A stretch of 64,000 nucleotides of DNA from Fibrobacteria bacterium (GTDB taxonomy: Bacteria; Fibrobacterota; Chitinivibrionia; Chitinivibrionales; FEN-1185), in the NCBI GenBank assembly GCA_037447435.1, contig JBBIGR010000027.1, forward strand, positions 1 to 64,000, written 5' to 3'. The translations under genes were made by a program, and so were the position numbers. The notes under the pieces are model-generated. The model did not search any database. It was given only the letters and a program-made list of their open reading frames with translations, and had not been told where the DNA came from. Of this stretch, positions 49,279 to 58,181 are shown piece by piece (position 1 is the first letter of the stretch; each line of letters starts with the position of its first letter).

Positions 49279-49332
49279 ATCGGCGTAGGGCAAAAATAGT
49301 TTTTTACCCTACTTTCTTTTTCTAATCCGGAA

Positions 49333-51330
49333 TTATTTAATTTCCTCGATCGAAAGAAGCGGCTGGCCTTTTTCCACAAGCTTGCCGTCTTCCGCCAGTA
49401 TGGCTAAGATTTTGCATTTTACCGGAGTAACGATTTCATTGAATAGTTTCATAGCTTCCACAATGCAGACCTTTCCACCGGCTTCGACGATATCTCCTAC
49501 ATTGACAAATTTGGGTTTGCCCGGACCGCTTGTCGAATAAAAGGTCCCAACCAGCGGCGCTTTAATGGACATACCGGCGCTGGCAGGCGGCGTCACAGGT
49601 TTTTCAACCTTCGGCGCAACAGGTGCACTTGCGGGTTCGGATTTTTTTACTTCTGCCGGTTTGGGGGTTGCCTGGGTAATTGCAGGCGCAAAGGATTCGC
49701 CCGCCTTTGAAGAATCCGACCTCACCGACAACGAAAAATCGCCTTTCTTAAACGTCAACTCTTCCAATCGCATGGCGCCCGCCTGGGCCAACAAATCGCT
49801 GATGCCCTTATAATCTTCGGGATGCAAAATTTGGTCAAGCGTTTCCTCGGGAGTTTTTTCCGCGTTTTTTTGCGGAGCAGGCTCTGTTTTTTCCGATTGC
49901 GCCTTCAGTTTCTTGAACGCCGCATCAGCCGGGATTTCCGGTTTCTGATCCGCGGGAAATTCACGCCACTTGAAATATTCAAGCGCAGGTTCCGGAAGCA
50001 GACAATAGGATATTATATCTTCCTCGGTCTTGATATATTTCGGATCGATATTTTCGGTTGCCTTGGGCAACATCGGCGGGATCGTGTCCCCGGGGCGCGT
50101 CGTAATCGGCTTTTCGTCACCGAGGATTTTTTTCGCGAGCTCTTGATTGACGGGAACCGGAGTCCGACCATACAAACCGCGAAAATAATCTTTCACCTCG
50201 TTACTGACGACTTTGTAGCGCTCGCCGGTAATGACATTGATCGCTGCCTGAGCGCCAACGATCTGGCTGGTCGGCGTGACAAGCGGACACCAACCGAGCT
50301 CCTCGCGCACCTTCGATACTTCGTCGAGCACCTCGGGTAACTTTTCGAGCATATTCTGCTGCGTCAACTGCGAACGGAAATTCGATATCATTCCGCCCGG
50401 TATCTGATAAATCAAAATCTGCGGATCGATGCAGAATTGCTGCATAGTTTCGGTATTGCGATGAGGATACAAATCCGCAAAAAACTTGTGCACCTGCAAC
50501 ATCGCGTCTTTGTCAAGGTCCGCGTGATAGGCGGTTTCAGAGAAAATGGCGACCATAGTCTCTACCGGCGGCTGACTGCTCGTGCCTGCCATTGCCGCAA
50601 TCGCACAGTCGATGGCACCTGCGCCTGCACGCACGCCCTCAACATAAGTCGGCGCGGCCATACCGCTTGATGCATGGCAATGCAGTTGTATGGGCACCTC
50701 GACTTCGCGTATGAGCGCCGAAACGAGCCGTTCCGCGGAAATCGGCGACAAAATGCCGGCCATGTCTTTGATACACAGGGAATCGATGCCGATGGCGACC
50801 TGTTCTTTGGCATATTTAATATAGGTATCGATAGTATGAACGGGGCTAATGGTATAACATAACGTACCCTGCGCGTGCCCGCCGTGTTTTTTGACTGCCC
50901 GTACCGCGGCCTCGATGTTGCGGGTATCGTTGAGTGCATCGAAAACGCGGAAAATATCCATTCCGTTTTCGCAAGCAAGCGACACGAATCGATCGACCAC
51001 ATCGTCGGAATAATTACGGTACCCGACGAGGTTCTGGCCGCGCAAAAGCATTTGCAGCGGTGTTTTTTTAGCTTTGGACTTGATCAAACGAAGACGTTCC
51101 CAGGGATTTTCGCGTAAAAACCTAAGGCACACGTCGAACGTCGCGCCGCCCCAGCATTCCAGCGAATAGTATCCCACATTGTCAATCACGTCGATGATCT
51201 TCATGATGTCTTCGGTACGCATCCGCGTTGCCCACAACGATTGATGTCCGTCGCGAAGCGTGGTATCGGTTATACGTAACGGAATCTTATGCAATTGATT
51301 TTCCAAATCTTCTTTTTTTAATTTAGCCAT
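49333..51330 (-). CDS. Pyruvate/oxaloacetate carboxyltransferase (PycB/OadA/transcarboxylase 5S-like) fused to an AccB-type biotin carboxyl carrier
   Basis: N-terminal TDTTLRDGHQSL, WGGATFD, LLRGQNLVGY, IKDMAG, HCH and VTPTSQIVG motifs. C-terminal APLVGTFY...IVEAMKLFNEI. Confidence 0.9.
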   Translation of the reverse strand: MAKLKKEDLENQLHKIPLRITDTTLRDGHQSLWATRMRTEDIMKIIDVIDNVGYYSLECWGGATFDVCLRFLRENPWERLRLIKSKAKKTPLQMLLRGQNLVGYRNYSDDVVDRFVSLACENGMDIFRVFDALNDTRNIEAAVRAVKKHGGHAQGTLCYTISPVHTIDTYIKYAKEQVAIGIDSLCIKDMAGILSPISAERLVSALIREVEVPIQLHCHASSGMAAPTYVEGVRAGAGAIDCAIAAMAGTSSQPPVETMVAIFSETAYHADLDKDAMLQVHKFFADLYPHRNTETMQQFCIDPQILIYQIPGGMISNFRSQLTQQNMLEKLPEVLDEVSKVREELGWCPLVTPTSQIVGAQAAINVITGERYKVVSNEVKDYFRGLYGRTPVPVNQELAKKILGDEKPITTRPGDTIPPMLPKATENIDPKYIKTEEDIISYCLLPEPALEYFKWREFPADQKPEIPADAAFKKLKAQSEKTEPAPQKNAEKTPEETLDQILHPEDYKGISDLLAQAGAMRLEELTFKKGDFSLSVRSDSSKAGESFAPAITQATPKPAEVKKSEPASAPVAPKVEKPVTPPASAGMSIKAPLVGTFYSTSGPGKPKFVNVGDIVEAGGKVCIVEAMKLFNEIVTPVKCKILAILAEDGKLVEKGQPLLSIEEIK

Positions 51331-51345
51331 TGGTATTTCCTTTTT

Positions 51346-52296
51346 TTACTTTGCAAACTTTCCCATTGCCGAATACTTCTCGAACCTGTTTTTGATAAGA
51401 CGGGAACTCGAAGTCGATGTCAATTTCGCAAGGTGCGCTAGCACGACTCGCTTGATTTCCTGAGCGGTTTGCTCATGATTCCGGTGTGCGCCGCCAAGCG
51501 GCTCCGGCACGATTTCATCCGCAACGCCCAGTTCAATTAGCGACGGGGCCGTTATTTTCAACGCTTCCGCCGCTTTATTCGAAAACGATGCATCGCGGTA
51601 TAATATCGAAGCGCAACCTTCGGGTGAAATCACGGAATAAATTGCATGCTCAAGCATGAGTATCACATCTCCTACGCCGATTCCAAGCGCGCCGCCGCTG
51701 CCGCCTTCTCCGGTAACAATGGTCACGATCGGCACGGTAAGGCTTGCCATTTCCGTAAGGTTCCTGGCAATGGCCTCGGCATTGCCGCGCTCTTCGGCGT
51801 CGATGCCCGGATACGCTCCTTGCGTGTCGATAAAGCAAACAACCGGCAAATTATACTTCTCGGCCAAATGCATGAGTCTCATTGCTTTTCTGTAGCCTTC
51901 GGGTTTCGACTGGCCGAAATTCCGAATTATATTTTCGTCAATGTTCTTGCCCTTATTATGACCGATGAGCATGACTTTTTGTTTGCCCAATGTGGCAAAC
52001 CCGCCAATGAGCCCCTGATCGTCCCCGAAGCATCGGTCGCCGTGCAATTCGATGAAATTCGTGAAGATCAAATTGATATAATCGCGCAATACCGGACGTT
52101 TGGGATGGCGTGCGAACTGCACCTTTTGCCAGGGCGTCAAGTTCGAATAAATTTCCTTTTTCTGCGCAATGCATTTCTTTTCCAAATCGGCAATCTCGTC
52201 GCCGAAATGATTCTTTTCAGGAGCGATCGATTTCAGCTTCTCGATCATTTTCTCCATTTCGGCAATCGGCTTTTCAAAATCAAAATAGTCGCTCAT
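51346..52296 (-). CDS. accA: Acetyl-CoA carboxylase carboxyltransferase alpha
   Basis: FDFEKPI, ARHPKRP, ELHGDR, PEGYRKA, GEGGSGGALG and YSVISPEGCASIL motifs. Confidence 0.96.
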   Translation of the reverse strand: MSDYFDFEKPIAEMEKMIEKLKSIAPEKNHFGDEIADLEKKCIAQKKEIYSNLTPWQKVQFARHPKRPVLRDYINLIFTNFIELHGDRCFGDDQGLIGGFATLGKQKVMLIGHNKGKNIDENIIRNFGQSKPEGYRKAMRLMHLAEKYNLPVVCFIDTQGAYPGIDAEERGNAEAIARNLTEMASLTVPIVTIVTGEGGSGGALGIGVGDVILMLEHAIYSVISPEGCASILYRDASFSNKAAEALKITAPSLIELGVADEIVPEPLGGAHRNHEQTAQEIKRVVLAHLAKLTSTSSSRLIKNRFEKYSAMGKFAK

Positions 52297-52363
52297 AGTT
52301 TCAACCTTATATGTTATTATGAATTATCAAGCTTCCCCGCAGAACACCGCAGGGTTATAACCA

Positions 52364-53203
52364 TTACTGGTTATTGTACGACAGGACGTTTTTAAGCGCC
52401 TCTTTAAGGAGCTTGCGTTCAACAATCATATCGATAAAACCATGTTCCTGGTAATATTCCGATGTCTGGAAATTTTCCGGAAGTTTCTGCTTAATGGTCT
52501 GTTCGATAACGCGTCGGCCGGCAAACCCGATGAGTGCGCCCGGTTCGGCGATATTGACATCGCCTACCATTGCATAGCTCGCGCTCACGCCGCCTGTCGT
52601 CGGATCGGTTAGTACCGAAATATACGGGATTTTCTTCTCACGCAAACGCGCAATCCCGGCGCAGGTTTTTGCCATTTGCATAAGCGATAAAATTCCCTCA
52701 TGCATTCGCGCACCGCCCGATGACGAAAAAATGATATACGGTATTTTATGATCATAGGCATAATTTGCAGCGAGCAAAATTTTTTCTCCGGTAGCGCTAC
52801 CCAAACTGCCGCCGAAAAATCGGAAATCCATAACTGCTATGGAAACCGGAATTGTAAAAATTTCACCCGTACCGCACACCACGGATTCATTGAGCCCGGT
52901 CTTTTGCCGCGCTTCGACGATTTTGTCTTTGTAGGTGCCTTTAGAATATGAAAAAGCCAGCGGATCATTCGGGGTTATTGTTTCGAACATTTCCTTGAAT
53001 GTGTCGACATCAAGAATTTGCCCGATCCGTTCATATGCGGTTAGTTTTCCATGATATCCGCATTTTGGACAAACGCTCATGGAATTATACCAGTCTTCCT
53101 TAAAAACATGGGCTTTACATGACTCACATTTTACCCAGATATCTTCCTTAGCAGGTTTTTTCTTCTGGGCTTCAGCAGATTTAGATTTTGAAAACCAAGG
53201 CAC
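52364..53203 (-). CDS. accD: Acetyl-CoA carboxylase carboxyltransferase beta
   Basis: WVKCESC..CPKC zinc finger, SGGARMHEG, DPTTGGVSAS and AEPGALIGFAGRRVIEQT motifs. Confidence 0.96.
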   Translation of the reverse strand: MPWFSKSKSAEAQKKKPAKEDIWVKCESCKAHVFKEDWYNSMSVCPKCGYHGKLTAYERIGQILDVDTFKEMFETITPNDPLAFSYSKGTYKDKIVEARQKTGLNESVVCGTGEIFTIPVSIAVMDFRFFGGSLGSATGEKILLAANYAYDHKIPYIIFSSSGGARMHEGILSLMQMAKTCAGIARLREKKIPYISVLTDPTTGGVSASYAMVGDVNIAEPGALIGFAGRRVIEQTIKQKLPENFQTSEYYQEHGFIDMIVERKLLKEALKNVLSYNNQ

Positions 53204-53313
53204 GGTTACATCCTTTGTTTGCGGGACTTAATGATTGGTTCAGCCGATTCAATTTGATGAAGCATGGCCTGGACAGCAATAAAATATAACAAATCCAGGC
53301 CATTGCAACAAAA

Positions 53314-55110
53314 TTAGCCGAGCCGTTTTTCAAGTGCAGCGAGTTCGTCGGCAAGTGCTTGGGGCAATTTGGACCCGAATTTTTTATAATGGTCCTTAAT
53401 GCTTTCGACTTCTTTTTTCCAATCGGAAGCATTTACCTTAAGCAGTTCTTCCATGTCCGATTTCGAAACCGACAAACCGGAAAGGTCGATTGCATCGGGT
53501 GTCGGCATATAACCGATAGGAGTTTCAACCGCTTTGGCATTCCCATCGGTACGATCGAAAATCCATTTCAAAACGCGGCTGTTGTCGCCGTATCCGGGCC
53601 ATAACCATTTTCCATCATCGTTCTTGCGGAACCAGTTGACATAAAACACCTTGGGAAGTTTGTCGGCAGCTGTTTTCTTGCCGATGTTTACCCAATGAGC
53701 AAGGTAATCGCCCATATTATATCCGCAGAAAGGAAGCATTGCAAACGGATCGCGGCGAACAACGCCGACCGCGCCGATGTTTGCGCTTGTTGTTTCGGAG
53801 CCGACCATCGAACCCATGAACACGCCATGGTTCCAATTAAATGCTTCATGAACAAGAGGTATTGTCGTCGGACGACGACCGCCAACCAAAAACGCGCTGA
53901 TTGGCACGCCTTTGGGATCTTCCCATGCCGGATCGATGACGGGACATTGTTGTGCCGGCGCTGTAAAACGGGCATTGGGATGCGCACCGTTTTTGCCGCT
54001 TTCAACAGTCCATTCATTTCCCTGCCAATCGATTTTCTTGCCTTCCGGAGCATCGTAGCCGATTCCTTCCCACCAAACATCTTTATCTTCGGTCATCACG
54101 ACATTGGTGAAAATGGAATTTTTCTTAATGGTTAACATTGCATTGGGATTCGATTGCATCGATGTTCCCGGCGCAACGCCGAAAAAGCCCGATTCGGGAT
54201 TGATCGCATATAGTCTGCCGTCGGGGCCGAATTTCATCCAGGCGATATCGTCGCCAACCGTTTCGACTTTCCATCCGGGAAGGCTTGGTATCATCATTGC
54301 CAAATTCGTTTTTCCGCACGCGGAGGGAAAAGCAGCGGCGACATATTTTTTCTTGCCTTGAGGATTTGTGATTCCAAGAATAAGCATATGTTCGGCAAGC
54401 CAACCTTCATCACGCGCCTGTACCGAGGCAATGCGAAGGGCAAAACATTTTTTCCCTAAAAGCGCATTCCCGCCATAACCGGAGCCATACGACATAATCG
54501 TGCGGTCTTCAGGAAAATGGCATATGTATTTATTTGCAATATCCGGCGTGCATGGCCACGACGAATCTTTTTGACCGGGAGTAAGCGGTGCGCCAACCGA
54601 ATGTAAACAAGGAACGAATTCGCCATCTCCAAGGGTATCGAGAACCTTTTTACCCATGCGGGTCATGAGGCGCATATTGATCACGACATACGGCGAATCG
54701 GAAATTTCAATGCCGATTTTAGAAATAGGCGAACCGATCGGTCCCATTGAAAAGGGGATTACATACATTGTCCGCCCCTTCATACAACCGGTATACAGGC
54801 TTTTCATCTTCGCCTTCAGTTCAACGGGATCCATCCAATTATTTGTAGGGCCCGCATCTTCTTTGGATTTTGAAGAAATGTAGGTTCTATCTTCAACGCG
54901 TGCAACGTCCGACGGATGCGAACGGAACAAAAAGCTTCCGGGCCGTTTTTCAGGATTAAGAGGCGTCGCCATTCCGGCATCCACCATTTGCCTGCAAAGC
55001 TTGTCGTATTCTTCCTGTGAACCATCGCACCAGTAAATGCTGTCCGGCTGGCACATGGCGGCAACTTCTTTGACCCACAGGTCCAATTTCTTATTAGTCG
55101 TCATTGTCAT
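53314..55110 (-). CDS. pckG: Phosphoenolpyruvate carboxykinase (GTP)
   Basis: [44 protein letters not shown] and [13 protein letters not shown] motifs. Confidence 0.97.
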   Translation of the reverse strand: MTMTTNKKLDLWVKEVAAMCQPDSIYWCDGSQEEYDKLCRQMVDAGMATPLNPEKRPGSFLFRSHPSDVARVEDRTYISSKSKEDAGPTNNWMDPVELKAKMKSLYTGCMKGRTMYVIPFSMGPIGSPISKIGIEISDSPYVVINMRLMTRMGKKVLDTLGDGEFVPCLHSVGAPLTPGQKDSSWPCTPDIANKYICHFPEDRTIMSYGSGYGGNALLGKKCFALRIASVQARDEGWLAEHMLILGITNPQGKKKYVAAAFPSACGKTNLAMMIPSLPGWKVETVGDDIAWMKFGPDGRLYAINPESGFFGVAPGTSMQSNPNAMLTIKKNSIFTNVVMTEDKDVWWEGIGYDAPEGKKIDWQGNEWTVESGKNGAHPNARFTAPAQQCPVIDPAWEDPKGVPISAFLVGGRRPTTIPLVHEAFNWNHGVFMGSMVGSETTSANIGAVGVVRRDPFAMLPFCGYNMGDYLAHWVNIGKKTAADKLPKVFYVNWFRKNDDGKWLWPGYGDNSRVLKWIFDRTDGNAKAVETPIGYMPTPDAIDLSGLSVSKSDMEELLKVNASDWKKEVESIKDHYKKFGSKLPQALADELAALEKRLG

Positions 55111-55237
55111 CCTCTCCTTTTCACCTTGAATATTTTTTCCCAGAAGCCTATAAGGACATTACAGCAGGAAAAATAAGGTGATGTTACACAGTTTTTTTAC
55201 TTCTCGACATTGTCAACGTACATTTGCGTATCCGGAC

Positions 55238-55282
55238 AAAAAAAAAGACCAGAGAATTGCCGAAATCGGCATTTCTTTAGTC
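55238..55282 (-). terminator. Rho-independent terminator about 130 nt upstream of pckG
   Basis: Minus strand GACUAAAGAAAUGCCGA-UU-UCGGCAAUUCUCUGGUC followed by U9. Confidence 0.8.
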
Positions 55283-55449
55283 CTCACCTCTCGGCCGCAT
55301 CTTTTTCAAGAGTCAGCCGGACTTGATTTCCAGATCTGCAATACACGCATATATAATATAGAAACAGGACTTTTGTTTTTCTTCGCCCCCCGCCCTACCC
55401 TCGCCCGAGGGCGCCTGTAAAACGGCTGTCGAATCAAACTATCGTAAAA

Positions 55450-55477
55450 ATTATAACATACACAGGAAAAGTGGCAA
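55450..55477 (-). promoter_or_regulatory. Sigma70-type promoter pointing toward pckG
   Basis: Minus strand TTGCCA-N16-TATAAT with an extended -10 (TGtTATAAT). Confidence 0.65.
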
Positions 55478-55579
55478 GTTAATTTTGGGGGTGGAAAAAT
55501 GTCTGTGATTTTTTCCACAGGCTAGTTATGGAGATAATTATTGATGTTGGAACCACAGAATAAGGATTGTTTGGTAGTT

Positions 55580-56587
55580 TTATTCGAACAATCCAGCCTC
55601 TTTAATTTTCTCTGCCATTTTTTGCGTCACCAGCCGCATGCTTCTTCGGTCGCAATGGATGCTGTCGCTATAGCTCAATTCTGTTGAAAACGGCTTTCTG
55701 CCAAAATCCCAGGTTAAAATCCCAAGCGAGTCGCAAAGAGATTCAAAAGACTTTCTGTTTTTTTCATAAACCGGATTTCCTTGTAAAACACCGTCCATTG
55801 GCGGCATGGGCGGCCAAAAGAAAACCAGCGTAACATTGTTTCGTTTCGCAAGGTCGACAATGTCCCAGAAATATCCGTCTCTATTCACCGGACCATTCCC
55901 GCTGCTTTGCATTCGTGAGTGCAGCTTCAAATCATTCATCGCCCACAAACGCATCGTATTCATTGCATCGCTGCGCATCCCATAGGAATGAGCTACGCTT
56001 GTATCGGTTGATGCAATATCCCGGCTATGAGTAAACAACATTTTTTCAAGGATTTTCCTTTGTATATTGAGGCGATGATGATACAAAAACCAATGTTTGT
56101 GAAGAAAAAATGTGACGCTTTGCAAAATTCCGGGAAACCTTCCCGATACTCGCAAATAATCATCGTACTTCATTAATTCCGACAGCGTCAAATCCGATGC
56201 TGTCCCCCGCCCTAAAAGCCGGAAGTCTTTCTTTGTTTCCGTGAAAGGGAAACCGCGTATTTCAACGGCAATGGCCTTTGGCTTTCCCTTAGCAAGGATG
56301 CGGTTTTTCATGATAAGATAAAAGTAGGCATCCCCCGACATATCGGCAAAGGCGCAGTTATAACTTTTCATAGTGATGCGATCGCCATTCAAAATGGAAT
56401 CCAGATAGTCCGTACTAATCGCCGCGTCGGTAAGCGAGCTTCCGAGAAACACGATATGCGGGGTCCGGTCGGGCACATAACGGTCGAGTATTTGTCTGGG
56501 CAATGTCGTTCGAATCGTATGCACGGCAAACCACGATACGAGCGTAAACGAAACGAGCAGGCTGATAAAAAAATATCGTGTTTTCAT
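55580..56587 (-). CDS. SGNH-like periplasmic partner of the MBOAT (AlgJ/PatB/DltD-like)
   Basis: N-terminal TM, VFLGSSL block I and C-terminal DSIH (DxxH); lies 8 nt downstream of the MBOAT gene. Confidence 0.7.
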   Translation of the reverse strand: MKTRYFFISLLVSFTLVSWFAVHTIRTTLPRQILDRYVPDRTPHIVFLGSSLTDAAISTDYLDSILNGDRITMKSYNCAFADMSGDAYFYLIMKNRILAKGKPKAIAVEIRGFPFTETKKDFRLLGRGTASDLTLSELMKYDDYLRVSGRFPGILQSVTFFLHKHWFLYHHRLNIQRKILEKMLFTHSRDIASTDTSVAHSYGMRSDAMNTMRLWAMNDLKLHSRMQSSGNGPVNRDGYFWDIVDLAKRNNVTLVFFWPPMPPMDGVLQGNPVYEKNRKSFESLCDSLGILTWDFGRKPFSTELSYSDSIHCDRRSMRLVTQKMAEKIKEAGLFE

Positions 56588-56595
56588 AGGTAGGG

Positions 56596-57981
56596 TTAAA
56601 ATTGAAAATACAGAAACGGCGCGCTGGTCGTCGAGTAAATAAACGCCAATGCAACCGCGGCACCGCTCAAAACGCTTTTTATCTTCACAAATACCTCGTT
56701 GTCACCGTGCCGGTCCGAATTTGCTAAAGCCGAAACGATTTCCCATACCATGAAAATCATCACCGAGGCAAGTAGAAATAATTGACCATACGCTAAACTC
56801 CATTGCCCGGAAAGAATCGAGACAAACATATTTTTCGCAACAGTCAAATTCGGGCATCGGAACAATATCCATCCGATGCAAACACAATGAAAAACAATAA
56901 GCCGTCGCAATACAAGAACGAGCCGATTCGCTGTAACCGCAGATTTCACGAGCATGGTCATGCCGTGTTCGACTATCAAAAGCATGCCGTGAAAAATCCC
57001 CCACACGACAAAATGCCATTGCGCGCCATGCCATAACCCGCCTAAAGCCATGGTTATGAAAACATTTCGCAAGGTCTTTATAGCGCCTCTGCGGTTTCCG
57101 CCGAGCCCAATGTAAAGGTAATCGCGCAACCAGGAGGAAAGGGATATATGCCACCGTTTCCAGAATTCTCCGAAACTCGCACTGAGATACGGGAGGTTAA
57201 AATTGATTGGCAAATCATACCCTAATGTCTTGGCAACCCCTCGCGCCATGTCCGTATATCCCGAAAAGTCCCAGAAAATCTGGAACGCGAATCCGTATAC
57301 CGCAAGCAGACAGGCACCCGACGAATACGAAAGAGGATTCGCGAATATCGGATCGATCGCACGGGCAAGGATGTCGGCAAAAAGCACTTTTTTGACAAAC
57401 CCGTGGAGAAACAAAACAATACCTTTATGTAAATTTTCAAAATCGATTTTTTTACCCTCGCGTTCCTGGGGCAAAAACTGGTCTGCGCGAACGATAGGCC
57501 CTGCAACAAGCTGGGGAAAAAACGATACGAACAGGAAATAATCCAATGCGGATGCGGGCTTGACTTTAGACCGGTAAACATCGATAGTATAGCTCATGCT
57601 TTGAAACGTATAAAACGAAACGCCTACCGGTAGAATAATCGACAACCCCAATGAATCGTGGAGGCTGAAAAGGCTGCAAAACGAAGCGGTGAAAAAATTG
57701 AAATATTTGAAAAAGCCCAATACCAAAAGATTGGCACTCAGGCTCACTATCAGATAAAGTTTCTTCTTTTGCAACGTGGATGCGATGTGTATTTTGCGTG
57801 CGCAGAAAAAATCGACGCTCGTGGTCCCTATTAAAAGCGCGACAAAGCGGATGTCCCATGCCCCATAGAAATAATAGCTTGCAAAAAGCAAAAGCGGTTT
57901 TTTCCATTTCGCAGGAAATGCCCAATACAGGCAAAGCACCACAAAAAAGAAAAGCGTAAAATGCAAGGAATTAAAAAGCAT
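56596..57981 (-). CDS. MBOAT family O-acyltransferase (AlgI/PatA-like)
   Basis: MLFNS, LPVGVSFYTFQ, FFPQLVAGPI, DFSGYTDMA, FWKRWHISLSSWLRDYLY, GLWHGA and FLYFQF motifs. Confidence 0.95.
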   Translation of the reverse strand: MLFNSLHFTLFFFVVLCLYWAFPAKWKKPLLLFASYYFYGAWDIRFVALLIGTTSVDFFCARKIHIASTLQKKKLYLIVSLSANLLVLGFFKYFNFFTASFCSLFSLHDSLGLSIILPVGVSFYTFQSMSYTIDVYRSKVKPASALDYFLFVSFFPQLVAGPIVRADQFLPQEREGKKIDFENLHKGIVLFLHGFVKKVLFADILARAIDPIFANPLSYSSGACLLAVYGFAFQIFWDFSGYTDMARGVAKTLGYDLPINFNLPYLSASFGEFWKRWHISLSSWLRDYLYIGLGGNRRGAIKTLRNVFITMALGGLWHGAQWHFVVWGIFHGMLLIVEHGMTMLVKSAVTANRLVLVLRRLIVFHCVCIGWILFRCPNLTVAKNMFVSILSGQWSLAYGQLFLLASVMIFMVWEIVSALANSDRHGDNEVFVKIKSVLSGAAVALAFIYSTTSAPFLYFQF

Positions 57982-58181
57982 GATACTTCATTCACACCCG
58001 TACTATATTTGATAACCCGCGCTCATCCTATCCTTTCAATAGTACATATCGGGCGATTTCCAATGCCACGAATTCTTTGTTTTTCACAAAACGAATGCCG
58101 CGATATCTTTTTCGCGCAATTCAAATGTCGACCGAGTATTTTATTTTAACGATAATGAAAATCTATTTTAAAGGATAAACC

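Noticed and set aside
49333..51330. Na+-pumping oxaloacetate decarboxylase (oadGAB)
   Set aside because: No membrane beta or gamma subunit is adjacent, the neighbours are accA/accD, and the biotin domain is AccB-like. Distant oadB/oadG cannot be excluded.
51646..52395. 249-aa plus-strand ORF and other long shadow ORFs (e.g. 33682-34458, 37055-37603, 5595-6128)
   Set aside because: They lie antisense to or out of frame within well-supported genes and have no recognisable motifs.
55238..55443. 6S RNA, SRP RNA or tmRNA identity for the non-coding unit
   Set aside because: It has no long end-to-end rod, no SRP GGAA-loop motif and no tRNA-like ends.
55490..55519. DnaA-box-like TTTTCCACA and an inverted near-copy, suggesting oriC
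   Set aside because: Only one consensus box, with no cluster and no dnaA/dnaN context. It is better explained as a small inverted repeat.
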